Positions 38,082 through 47,466 of a stretch of 64,000 nucleotides of DNA are shown in pieces. Below the pieces are notes generated by a model. It was given only the letters and a program-made list of their open reading frames with translations. It did no database searches and was not told where the DNA came from. The DNA is from an uncultured Spirochaetota bacterium. Lineage in GTDB: Bacteria > Spirochaetota > Brevinematia > Brevinematales > JAOACQ01. Position numbers and translations under genes: made by a program. Location: NCBI GenBank assembly GCA_963783575.1, contig CAWAOD010000009.1, forward strand, positions 544,001 to 608,000. Direction: 5' to 3'. The first letter of the stretch is position 1; every line of letters starts with the position of its first letter.

Positions 38082-38528
38082 ACGAAAAAAAGCGTATTTC
38101 TTTTCCTGGCGATTTGTTTTATCTTTCTTGTTTCTTTTACGGGGTGCGCTAAACCGGCAGCTTCCATCGGTTCTATCCGGATTTTCGGTCCCTGGGGACG
38201 GCCTGCGGAGCAGGGTGAAAACAGCGCCGTATACCTGGTAATTCAGAACAATGGGAAAGAAAACGACAGCCTGGTCAAAGCGGAATCGCAAGCGGCCGAA
38301 ATGGTAGAAATACATCAAACCACGATGATCAGCAATATTATGACTATGTCGCCGGTGGACGAGATCGCGGTTCCCTCAAAAGGCAAAGCCGAACTCAAAC
38401 CTGATGGTTATCATATCATGCTTATGAACCTGATAAAAAAACTTTCTCCAGGAGACAGGATCAACATAATTCTCACTTTTGCAAAAGCAGGCAGAGTTGA
38501 GCTACAAGCCGAAGTTCGAAAACAATAA
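38082..38528 (+). CDS. Copper chaperone PCu(A)C lipoprotein with ACG in place of ATG start
   Basis: aggag RBS then ACG-KKSVFLFLAICF...FTGC lipobox; W.RP, SAVYLVIQN, EIH, LKPDGYHIMLM. Confidence 0.8.
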   Translation, partial: TKKSVFLFLAICFIFLVSFTGCAKPAASIGSIRIFGPWGRPAEQGENSAVYLVIQNNGKENDSLVKAESQAAEMVEIHQTTMISNIMTMSPVDEIAVPSKGKAELKPDGYHIMLMNLIKKLSPGDRINIILTFAKAGRVELQAEVRKQ

Positions 38529-38535
38529 TAACTAT

Positions 38536-39162
38536 ATGCCTAAAAGTATAAAAATATTATTGGGCGTTCTTCTGGGTGTTTTAAGTCTTATAACCATAGC
38601 GGTAATCGGCGTGATTATCTGGGGTTTTATCAATTTTTCACCATCTCAGTTTCATGGGACCTGGATTTCGCCTCCAAAATTGGCTGCTGATTTCAGTCTG
38701 CAATCCGATTCCGGAATGGTTCATCTTGCTGATTTTAATGGAAAATTAGTAATGCTGTATTTCGGTTAAACATTCTGTCCGGATCATTGTCCCCTGACAC
38801 TTTCGAAGATCAATAGCGCATTATCCGTGTTAACCGCACAGGAAGTAAGCCAAATTCGTTTTGTTATGGTTTCGGTAGACCCGGAACGCGATAAAGTCAA
38901 AAAAATCACGGATTATGTGCATGCTTTCCGTTCGGATTTCATAGGATTAACCGGAACCCCTGCTGAGATAGATGACGCCGCGAAAAAGTACGGAATTTAC
39001 TATAAAAAGAATCAGGTGAATTCCGCCGCCGGTTACCTGATCGACCATACAACGAGCATACTGGTTCTGGACAGACAGGGAAGATTATGCCTGATATGGC
39101 CTGGTACTATAGAGCCTGGCGATATCGCCGGCGATCTGAAAATACTTACCGCAAGGCGCTAG
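38536..39162 (+). pseudogene. SCO1/SenC copper-binding protein interrupted by an in-frame TAA (38767-38769)
   Basis: YFG*TFCPDHCP (family FGYTxCPDxCP), VSVDPERD, GLTG, IDHT; both ORFs in the same frame. Confidence 0.85.
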
Positions 39163-39336
39163 CGGTAAAGATTGGCAAATTTATATATTTGATTATTTCT
39201 TTATTTTATCTTAAAATAAATAGCCTGTAACTATTTTCTGAGAATTATGATATATCTATTATTGTATTTAAAGTTTGATAGTTAAGAAGATTTACTCAAG
39301 AACAAATTTTATGCTTGGAATCATAGAGGGGAATTA

Positions 39337-40251
39337 TTGAAATTCAATATATTCATTTTAGATGTTGTAGCAACTGTACTGGAAGCTTTTCCGTTTTTAC
39401 TGATCGGTTCTATATTGGGAACGGTCATTGAAGTATTTCTTCCCGAAAAGCTGTTTCAGAAGAAGATTTTTCAGAAAAAAAGCACCGGTTTACTTATCAG
39501 CCTGTTTCTGGGTTTTTTATTGCCGACCTGCGAATGCGGGGTTATTCCAATCGCGAAAAAAATGGCAAAAAAGGGACTACCAGCTTATCTGGCAGTTGTT
39601 TATATGTTTTCGGCCCCTGTTATAAATCCTATTGTAATTATAGCAACTTTTGTCGCATTCCGATATAACATCTGGATGACTGCGGGCAGGGTAGGAATAT
39701 CGGCTCTCACAGCTTTTATAGTGGGCCTGGTTCTTTCCGGCCAGAAAAATATATTTCTGGAAAAGGATTCCTTGAAAGTGTCTGATATTGAGCACAATCA
39801 TCATGTAGATCAAAATTGCTGTGATGAACAGGAACTTCTAACAATACCCGATAAAATTATTTTCATTATTAGGCATGCCTCGGAAGAATTGCTTGAAATG
39901 TCAAAGTATTTGATTTTAGGCGCTCTGCTTGCTTCAGCGTTCCGGGTTCTCGTACCGAAAAGTATCATAATGCTTTTTCTGCCGAACCCATTATTTTCCA
40001 TATTATTTATGATGATCATGGCAGTATTGCTTTCCATCTGTTCGGAGGCCGATGCTTTTGTCGCTTCATCTTTCGGAAGGTTTTCACCTTTCTCCCAGCT
40101 TGCGTTTGTAACCATCGGGCCTGTAGTTGACCTTAAGCTTCTCTTTATGTATTCCGGAACATTTAAGAAAAAGGCAATAATTTTGATAACAGTTATCCCG
40201 TTTATTGTCATTTTTACAGTCTGCAATATACTGGGATTTGGAATGAGGTAA
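39337..40251 (+). CDS. DUF318 (ArsP/YcgR-like) permease
   Basis: LEAFPFLLIG, PTCECGVIP, APVINP, His-rich loop, SICSEADAFVA, GPVVDLK. Confidence 0.88.
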   Translation: MKFNIFILDVVATVLEAFPFLLIGSILGTVIEVFLPEKLFQKKIFQKKSTGLLISLFLGFLLPTCECGVIPIAKKMAKKGLPAYLAVVYMFSAPVINPIVIIATFVAFRYNIWMTAGRVGISALTAFIVGLVLSGQKNIFLEKDSLKVSDIEHNHHVDQNCCDEQELLTIPDKIIFIIRHASEELLEMSKYLILGALLASAFRVLVPKSIIMLFLPNPLFSILFMMIMAVLLSICSEADAFVASSFGRFSPFSQLAFVTIGPVVDLKLLFMYSGTFKKKAIILITVIPFIVIFTVCNILGFGMR

Positions 40252-40255
40252 AAGT

Positions 40256-40993
40256 ATGAAAAAGATTTTATCGATTTTGGGAAGTATTTCATTATTAATT
40301 TTAGGCGGATTTATTTTTTTTCTCATAATCAGCGGATTTTACAGTCATCTGCTGAATCCGGTGTTTACCTGGCTGACCGGTTCCTGTGGAGCTTTATTGA
40401 TAATTATGGGATTTGTTACGATCTTTCGCAATTTTGAAATAAAATTGTCGGCAATAATAATCATATTCGTGTTTATCATTCTTTGCCTGGTTTCTCCGGC
40501 ACTTAAACTGCATGCCGGAAACCGCAAATACACCAGGGAAACCATAAACGGCATAGAATACATTCCGATTAACCTGGGTGAAATGTTTATGATCCTTTAC
40601 AATAACCCTCCGAAAAAAGTAACTGAAATCATCGGCAGTAATAACTATGTTTTCAGCGCTTTTATTTACAGAAATAATAAACTTGACAATATAAGCAATA
40701 TTATAGTCGCAAGAGTTGCTATGGTCTGCTGTTTTGCCGATACCTGCGCTTACGGCTTCTGTATACAACTTGATGATTTAAGCCGGTATAAAAACTTTGA
40801 ATGGGTAAAAGTATACGGACATATTATAAAATTGAAACCCGATCATATTGTAGATTCCATTGAAATCGAAAGCTCGCCCAATACAGAAATCAAGGATGAT
40901 TATATGTTCGCCGCTGATAAAATCGAACCCGATAAAGAACCCCCTTCGCCCTTTATGACCGCTTTTAAACAGAAAGAACCTTTTGCATATTAA
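40256..40993 (+). CDS. DUF1980 / TIGR03943 (YcgQ-like) permease partner
   Basis: Three N-terminal TMs, AR..MVCCFAD, WVKVYG; usual partner of DUF318. Confidence 0.78.
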   Translation: MKKILSILGSISLLILGGFIFFLIISGFYSHLLNPVFTWLTGSCGALLIIMGFVTIFRNFEIKLSAIIIIFVFIILCLVSPALKLHAGNRKYTRETINGIEYIPINLGEMFMILYNNPPKKVTEIIGSNNYVFSAFIYRNNKLDNISNIIVARVAMVCCFADTCAYGFCIQLDDLSRYKNFEWVKVYGHIIKLKPDHIVDSIEIESSPNTEIKDDYMFAADKIEPDKEPPSPFMTAFKQKEPFAY

Positions 40994-41163
40994 AAAATCC
41001 GGTTTTCTTGACAAATATTCAATATTTTAATAATTTTATCAAGTTGTGATATTTGGGCAGTTCGAAAATCTTATTAAAAACCAGTTTTTTATAAAACGGA
41101 ACTGCCTTTAAGTTTTTGTAATTGTATATGAAAGAAAGACAAAAACTTCATCAATATTTAAAC

Positions 41164-41196
41164 AGGCACTTCTAAAATGAGTTTTTAGAAGTGCCT
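41164..41196. repeat. Perfect hairpin resembling two fused IS/MITE ends
   Basis: aggcacttctaaaa-tgagt-ttttagaagtgcct; arm resembles the TIR at 21348-21489. Confidence 0.55.
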
Positions 41197-41233
41197 ATTA
41201 ATAATTCTATAACATATCATCGGAGGCTTGTTT

Positions 41234-43381
41234 ATGAAATGGCTTGTTTTCCTTATTCTTCCACTCCTGCTGAGTGTAACATCCTCACAGTGGAATTATC
41301 CCCAGACAAAAACTGTCGATGTATCTGATAATTATTTCGGTAAGATTTACAAGGATCCTTATCGCTGGCTGGAAAACCTCAAGGATAATGAAGTTGAAGC
41401 ATGGTTCAAAGCGCAGGCTGAATATACGGATAACCTTATGGCTAAGATCCCCGGAAGGGATTCCTTGGTTCAGGAATGGACATCTCTTGATAAACTTAAA
41501 CCTGTGAAGTATTCCTCAATCATATATAAGAACGGCAGGGTCTTTTACAAGAAGACACTGGGCGGTGAGAATGTCGGCAGACTTTTCTTCCGCGAAGGCT
41601 GGAACGGAAGCGAGAAATTACTCTTTGACGCGGCCGGTTACAAAGCCGGTGTTATTACAACAATTCAGAGTTTTATTCCATCATTTGACGGGCAGTATGT
41701 CGTTCTGGGGTTTTCAGCGGGAGGAGCGGAATACTCCGAAGTTCGTGTTCTGGATGTGGATAAGGGCATTCTTTTGCCCGAAAGTATCTATCCGTCATAT
41801 GGGCCTATCGGATGGACACTTGACAGCAGGTCTTTCTTTTATGATGCCGGGAAGGAAACGGATATCAAGAGCCTTGACATTGAGCTGAACCGTAAAACCA
41901 GGCTCCACAAGCTCGGAACAGATGTTGCTTCGGACATCGACTTTTTCAGCGATGAAAGCAGTCCGGAACTTGGAATCGCCCCCGAGGAGATGCCGTCGGC
42001 CTATATCGATGAATCCTACCCCGATTATATCTTCGGTGATGTCAGCACCGTTCAGAATGAGATGAAGGTCTTCTATGTGCCAAATTCCGAATTGGGTAAT
42101 GAAAAAATCAAATGGGATGTATTGTGCAAACCTTCGGACAATCTTGTCAAAGGTTTGGCGTTTTCCGGAGATTATGTATATGCAGTTACTCATACGAATG
42201 CGCCGAAATATAAGGTCATCCGGACGAGTATAAAGCATCCGGACTGGGGCCATGCCGAGATTGTTATTCCTGAAGGGACGAATTCCATAGAATACATTAC
42301 TAAGAGCAAAGACTATCTTTTCATTGTCTTTTCCAATGGAATTCTCAGAAATATAGTGAAATACGACCTTGCTTCCGGTAAATCATCCGGAGTTAAACTG
42401 CCTCTCTCCGGAACAGTTGATATTGAATGCCCGGATTGGCGATCCGATAAATGCCTTGTGAGCATAACCTCATGGATAAACCCGCAGACTCTATACGATT
42501 ATGATGCGGATAAGGAAACGTTCGTGAAGAGCGTCTTCAATACGGAAGTTTTATATCCCGGATTCGATGATCTTGTCACCGAAGAAGTAGAAGTTCCAGG
42601 CCAGGATGGTGTTATGGTACCACTTTCAATCATCTATAAAAAAGGCATACATCTTGACGGGAGCAACAGCTGCATTCTAGAGGGATACGGAGCTTACGGA
42701 ATAAGCTATACGCCGTATTTCAGCATTATACATTCTTCGATCGCTCTTAAGGGTGTTGTTGTGGCATATGCGCATACACGGGGCGGAGGCGAAAAAGGTG
42801 AGGACTGGCATAAAACAGGTTTTAAGACAACCAAGCCGAATACCTGGAAGGATTTTATTTCCTGCGCGGAATACCTTGTGAAGAAAGGTTATACAAGTCC
42901 CGGAAAACTTGGGGGAACTGGAACCAGTGCAGGCGGGATTCTTATCAGCCGGGCAATAACCGAGCGGCCGGATCTATTCGCGGCTGCTGTCTGCAATGTA
43001 GGATGCGCCAATGCAATGCGCCTGGAGTTCTCGCCGAACGGACCGGTCAATACGCCCGAATTCGGCACAGTTAAGGATCCTGTCGAATGCCTGGCTTTAT
43101 ATGAAATGGACGGTGTTCAGCATGTTCAACAAGGTGTGAAATATCCAGCAGTTCTCTGCGTCGGTGGATGGAATGATCCCCGGGTACCATCCTGGCAGCC
43201 GGGAAAATTCGCTGCGGTTTTGCAGAATTCAAGTGCATCCGGGAAACCAGTCCTGATGAAGGTCAATTACGATAACGGCCACTTTACCGAAGAGAAGACC
43301 GTCACTTTTAAGAATTTTGCCGATCAGTATGCATTTCTGCTCTGGCAGACAGGACACTCTGATTTCCAGCCTGAACCGTGA
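41234..43381 (+). CDS. Prolyl oligopeptidase (S9A), exported
   Basis: DPYRWLE, GYGAYG, RGGGEKG, GTSAGG (Ser), NDPRV (Asp), GH (His); signal peptide. Confidence 0.93.
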   Translation: MKWLVFLILPLLLSVTSSQWNYPQTKTVDVSDNYFGKIYKDPYRWLENLKDNEVEAWFKAQAEYTDNLMAKIPGRDSLVQEWTSLDKLKPVKYSSIIYKNGRVFYKKTLGGENVGRLFFREGWNGSEKLLFDAAGYKAGVITTIQSFIPSFDGQYVVLGFSAGGAEYSEVRVLDVDKGILLPESIYPSYGPIGWTLDSRSFFYDAGKETDIKSLDIELNRKTRLHKLGTDVASDIDFFSDESSPELGIAPEEMPSAYIDESYPDYIFGDVSTVQNEMKVFYVPNSELGNEKIKWDVLCKPSDNLVKGLAFSGDYVYAVTHTNAPKYKVIRTSIKHPDWGHAEIVIPEGTNSIEYITKSKDYLFIVFSNGILRNIVKYDLASGKSSGVKLPLSGTVDIECPDWRSDKCLVSITSWINPQTLYDYDADKETFVKSVFNTEVLYPGFDDLVTEEVEVPGQDGVMVPLSIIYKKGIHLDGSNSCILEGYGAYGISYTPYFSIIHSSIALKGVVVAYAHTRGGGEKGEDWHKTGFKTTKPNTWKDFISCAEYLVKKGYTSPGKLGGTGTSAGGILISRAITERPDLFAAAVCNVGCANAMRLEFSPNGPVNTPEFGTVKDPVECLALYEMDGVQHVQQGVKYPAVLCVGGWNDPRVPSWQPGKFAAVLQNSSASGKPVLMKVNYDNGHFTEEKTVTFKNFADQYAFLLWQTGHSDFQPEP

Positions 43382-43414
43382 TCTGCCAGGTTTAACAGTG
43401 CAAGGTGAATATTA

Positions 43415-43580
43415 ATAAAGAATCCTCAAGGCAGAGCCTTAAGGTATTAAAGTCGGAACAACTGGGAGCATCTTCTAATGGAATTCTCTCGGCAGAGCTC
43501 GGGATAAACTCTATAGAGCTATACTCAACTTTGTTGCGTAAGGAATCTACACCCGGGTAATGCAGCCTGCCCTTCGATAA
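43415..43580. repeat. Palindromic repeat element, copy B left part (interrupted by IS1182; resumes 45200-45231)
   Basis: Aligns with 17941-18023; hairpin cctcaaggc-aga-gccttaagg; right part ends cacgcttg at the xerC stop. Confidence 0.7.
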
Positions 43581-45199
43581 CAGACTGTGTGAAAACACAG
43601 TAAATATGCTATAATTATTAGAACAAAAATAATCGGAGTAAAAGATGAAGCATATTGAGGGAGAATCAAGGGATCAGATAGTTCTGTTCAATGAAACACT
43701 GGAAGATCTGTTAGGAGAAGAAGATCCGGTAAGGTTTATAGATATTTTTGTTGATAAGCTAAATATGAAAGGAGTTGGTTTTAAAGTAAAAGAAGCATCA
43801 ACCGGCAGAAGTTCATATAAATCCGAAATACTTTTAAAAATCTATATTTACGGATATTTGAATAAAATCAGGACAAGCAGGAAATTAGAGAGAGAGTGCC
43901 GAAGAAACACAGAGTTGATGTGGCTGACTGGACGACTAGCGCCGGATTTCAAGACGATTGCCGACTTCAGGAAAGATAATAAGAAGGGAATACAGTCGAT
44001 ATTCAGAGAATTTTTGAAGATATGTCATAAAGCCGGGCTTTTATCATTTGACGTTGTTGGAATTGATGGAACCAAGATCAGTGCGCAAAACCACAATAAC
44101 AATGTTTATCATAGGAAAAACATAGAAGAAATCATACATAGAATAGATCAAAAGATCGAAGAATATTTGAATGAGATGGATAAGAACGATAAGGAAGAAA
44201 AGAATGAATTTGAATTTCTTTCCGGAAAGATAGCGGAACGTTTAAAGAAAATGAAAACAAAAAAGGATAAAGTTGAGGCTATTAAAAAGATTTTTGAGGG
44301 AAATCCTGAAATGGAGAAATATTATTCAAATGACCCGGAAAGCCGGTTTATGAATGATAAAGGGAAATCCGACATTGCATATAATCTGCAGATGGCAGGA
44401 ATGTGTGACCGAGTAGAAGAAATAAAGGACGAGCTTAAGGTAGAGACTGAAACGGTCAAAGTATCGGATGCCGGTTATTACAGCGAACCGCAGATACTGG
44501 AATGTATAGATAAGGGACATAACGTATATATGCCGAATCCGGATGACGAACATAAGGCAAGGATTCGAGGCAAAGAAGATAATAAAGGAGTACCTGCTGA
44601 AGAATACCAGGTTGATAAATTCAAATATGATCCGGGACAAGATGTTTATTATTGTCCGGAGGGAAACCCATTAGTGAGAAATGGGAAAAAAGTAGAGAAG
44701 GTCAATGGAGGAAAAGAGATAGTCAGGTACAAGTGCGGCTTATGCAGCCAATGTGAAGTAAGAAATAAGTGTACTGAAAGCGTGGAAGGACGAAGTATCA
44801 AAGTACCAGTTAGAAAAGAAGAAATTGAGAACTTCAAGAGGAAAATTCGTTCTGAAGCCGGGAAAAAGATCATAGAGAAAAGGAAAGAGATATGTGAACA
44901 TCCATTTGGATCGATAAAAAGGAATATGGGTTACAGTTATTTTTTAATGAAGGGAAAGGATGGCGTTCTGACGGAATCCAGTTTGGCAGGATTCATTCAT
45001 AATTTAATAAAAGTATTGAATATATTGGGAATAAAGAGACTTATGACTCTGGTTTGATGCTAATAAACCATCGTTTATCGTATTCGGATAGATTTTTTAA
45101 ACTAAGATTTTTTTAGCTTGAAAAATATATCAAAAAATGGAGTTTTTGTATAATTAATCGATTTTACTATAAAATTTTACTGAGTTTTCACACAGTCTG
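43581..45199 (+). mobile_element. IS1182-family insertion sequence
   Basis: TIRs cagactgtgtgaaaacacagtaaa / tttactgagttttcacacagtctg flank a single transposase; no direct repeat visible. Confidence 0.88.
43645..45057 (+). CDS. IS1182-family DDE transposase (probable internal in-frame deletion)
   Basis: SRKLERECRRN, PDFKTIADFRK, IDGTKI, DAGY, YCPEG, CxxC, EHPFGSIK. Confidence 0.92.
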   Translation: MKHIEGESRDQIVLFNETLEDLLGEEDPVRFIDIFVDKLNMKGVGFKVKEASTGRSSYKSEILLKIYIYGYLNKIRTSRKLERECRRNTELMWLTGRLAPDFKTIADFRKDNKKGIQSIFREFLKICHKAGLLSFDVVGIDGTKISAQNHNNNVYHRKNIEEIIHRIDQKIEEYLNEMDKNDKEEKNEFEFLSGKIAERLKKMKTKKDKVEAIKKIFEGNPEMEKYYSNDPESRFMNDKGKSDIAYNLQMAGMCDRVEEIKDELKVETETVKVSDAGYYSEPQILECIDKGHNVYMPNPDDEHKARIRGKEDNKGVPAEEYQVDKFKYDPGQDVYYCPEGNPLVRNGKKVEKVNGGKEIVRYKCGLCSQCEVRNKCTESVEGRSIKVPVRKEEIENFKRKIRSEAGKKIIEKRKEICEHPFGSIKRNMGYSYFLMKGKDGVLTESSLAGFIHNLIKVLNILGIKRLMTLV

Positions 45200-45231
45200 T
45201 TGTCGAAGGAAATCAAACCGGGTCACGCTTG

Positions 45232-46119
45232 TTAAGCATGAGGATGGTGTTTGTTATAGCTTTCTTTAAGCTTATCAATGGTTAAATGAGTATAGATCTG
45301 CGTAGTTGAAAGACTGGCATGCCCCAGGATTTCCTGGATTACCCTTATATTCGCGCCGTTTTGCAGAAGATGCGTGGCAAATGTGTGCCTTAAAGTATGA
45401 GGCGAGACATGCTTTTGAATGGATAATCCATCAATATACCTTTCGATGATATAACGGACCATCCTGTCCTGCATCCTTTTTCCGTTTTTTGTAAGGAAAA
45501 GCGGTAGCTTATCGGTAGCATTTCCAATCAGTTCTTTTCTGTAAGAAAGATATTTCAAAATCATAAGCCGCGTTTTTTCACCTACCGGGACGATTCTCTC
45601 TTTATTACCCTTCCCAATAACTCTTATCACACCCTCTTTATAATCCGCGTCCGGTGTATTCAACCCTGTTAATTCCGATATACGTATCCCGCTTGCATAA
45701 AGCAGTAATATCATGGTTTTATTCCTGAATGATAAAGCGTCTCCTTCCGGAATTGATGATATCAGGGATAATATTTCATCCTTTTCAAGAATATTCGGCA
45801 GGCGTTTTTCCTTTTTCGGCGAAGAAATAAGGGCCGCCGGATTTGAAGTGATAATTCCATTTTTAATAAGATATTTGAAAAATGATTTTATTGATGCCGC
45901 TTTCCTTTCTATACTGGCGGGTTTTAAGTTAATTTTCCCCAGAGAGGAAATATAACGATGAAGGATTCTATAGTTAACATCCTGAATATTGTTTATATTA
46001 GCCCCTGACAAAAAACTCAAAAATTCAATATAGTCGTTTTTGTAAGATTCTATTGTATTTTTAGAGTAACCTTTTTCATACAGAAGATAGGATAGAAACC
46101 GTTCGATAAGTTCAATCAT
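45232..46119 (-). CDS. xerC: Tyrosine recombinase XerC/XerD
   Basis: SKNTIESY, LYASGIRISEL, GKGNKERIVP, PHTLRHTFATHLL, LGHASLSTTQIYTH, HPHA. XerC vs XerD not certain. Confidence 0.82.
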   Translation of the reverse strand: MIELIERFLSYLLYEKGYSKNTIESYKNDYIEFLSFLSGANINNIQDVNYRILHRYISSLGKINLKPASIERKAASIKSFFKYLIKNGIITSNPAALISSPKKEKRLPNILEKDEILSLISSIPEGDALSFRNKTMILLLYASGIRISELTGLNTPDADYKEGVIRVIGKGNKERIVPVGEKTRLMILKYLSYRKELIGNATDKLPLFLTKNGKRMQDRMVRYIIERYIDGLSIQKHVSPHTLRHTFATHLLQNGANIRVIQEILGHASLSTTQIYTHLTIDKLKESYNKHHPHA

Positions 46120-46141
46120 AATACTAAATCCTGGATTAAAG

Positions 46142-46179
46142 CTACCTGTACAGATACTATCTGTACAGATACTATCTGT
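46142..46179. repeat. 15-bp tandem repeat (about 2.5 copies) with internal palindromes upstream of xerC
   Basis: ctgtacagatactat x2 + ctgt, preceded by ctac. Confidence 0.8.
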
Positions 46180-47466
46180 TTAGGAAATCCACTTTGTAAA
46201 CCATGCCTAGGTAAAACCCGAGCGTTGTAAATTCATAATAATTTTGATCTGCAACATATTGGCTATTTGAAACAGTGCCGCTGCCCCCGCTGCCCGAATC
46301 GAAGAAAAATTTTCCTTCGATTCCAAGGCTTCCGAAGAAATAAATGATCGATGTATTAATTGTAGGAATAGTATAGCGAACTTCATTATAATTCATCTTT
46401 GTGGAATTATTTTCACCCGGAGAAGTACTGGTACTTAAACCATAACCCAATACAAGAATTGATGCCGAGAGTTCAAGATTTGACAATGGGTTCCAGATCA
46501 GGTTTATTGATAAAGGAAAAGCAGGTATGCTTGTTGTATCATAATTAAGAACCTGGCTGCTATTAGTGGAAATTTCTGTTAACTGGTTTATATTTTGACT
46601 CCGATCCCAATAGCTACGGTATTGCCGAACCAGGGGAGATAATAGCTTATAAAAACCTGTGTCAATCCGGGTATTCCATCGCGCAAAGCAAGAGAATGCT
46701 CATTAAAACCATAAGACGGCAGGCCGGGTAAATTTGAAAACAGTACATCCAGCCTGAAATCCCAGTATCGGAAAGCGAAACCCATGCAGAGAGCTCCATA
46801 CGGTAATGGACCCTGTAAAGTATTTGTAGTGTTACCGATAAATTGGTTGTTATACCACTGCAAGTTTTTATTCCCGAAATCGGCGAATGCCCCGATTCTT
46901 GTATAAAACATTCTTTTAACTTTTATATTCTGAGTTTCGTATACGGTTTGTCTTTCTTTTTTAATCTTTACCTCGCTTTCCATAGTAAATTCCGGGAGCA
47001 CTTCCTTTATTTTTATAAGCATATCCGCCGAAATTGAATCAATCGTATCAAAAATATCTGCTGTAACGACCCCGGTATAGTATTTCCGCATTTTTAGCTT
47101 ATTCTCCAGAACATCATAAATTTCGGTGATCACAATAAGCTTTTCCCCTTCAATATAATATTCGCCATAGATTATCACATCCGATTGATTTGTGCGTCCG
47201 GCATCCAGCGCGTCCTGATAATTCTCAATATAATAATCAGTATTAGTTGATATTCTGAGATTAAAGTTTTCGGTTTTACTTAACTGGGTAGCGAATGAAC
47301 TTTTAAGCGTCAGGCCGATCGATTTGTCTTTTTTTACGGATAAATCCTTCCAGTTTTCAAGCAGGACATTCCATTTTTCTGCGGGAAATAATATTCCCCG
47401 GTTGACTGATAATAAGCAGAAAATTATACAGGATAATAGCGGTGTCCTTTTAAAATTCATATTCAA
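46172..47466 (-). CDS. Exported protein with TolB_N/CsgG-like N-domain and predicted C-terminal beta-barrel, frameshifted near 46600
   Basis: DVIIYGEY...IYDV...DIFDTIDSIS pattern. Adding one base at atcggagtc gives GIGSQNINQL...WNPLSNLELSAS, joining ORF 46172-46486. Confidence 0.62.

Noticed and set aside
45232..46119. Tyrosine recombinase as a prophage or island integrase
   Set aside because: Size and motifs are those of chromosomal XerC/D. I saw no phage genes, tRNA or att duplication.
46146..46179. LexA box or mini-CRISPR
   Set aside because: CTGT-ACAG spacing is not N8, and the units are contiguous without spacers. No cas genes are present.
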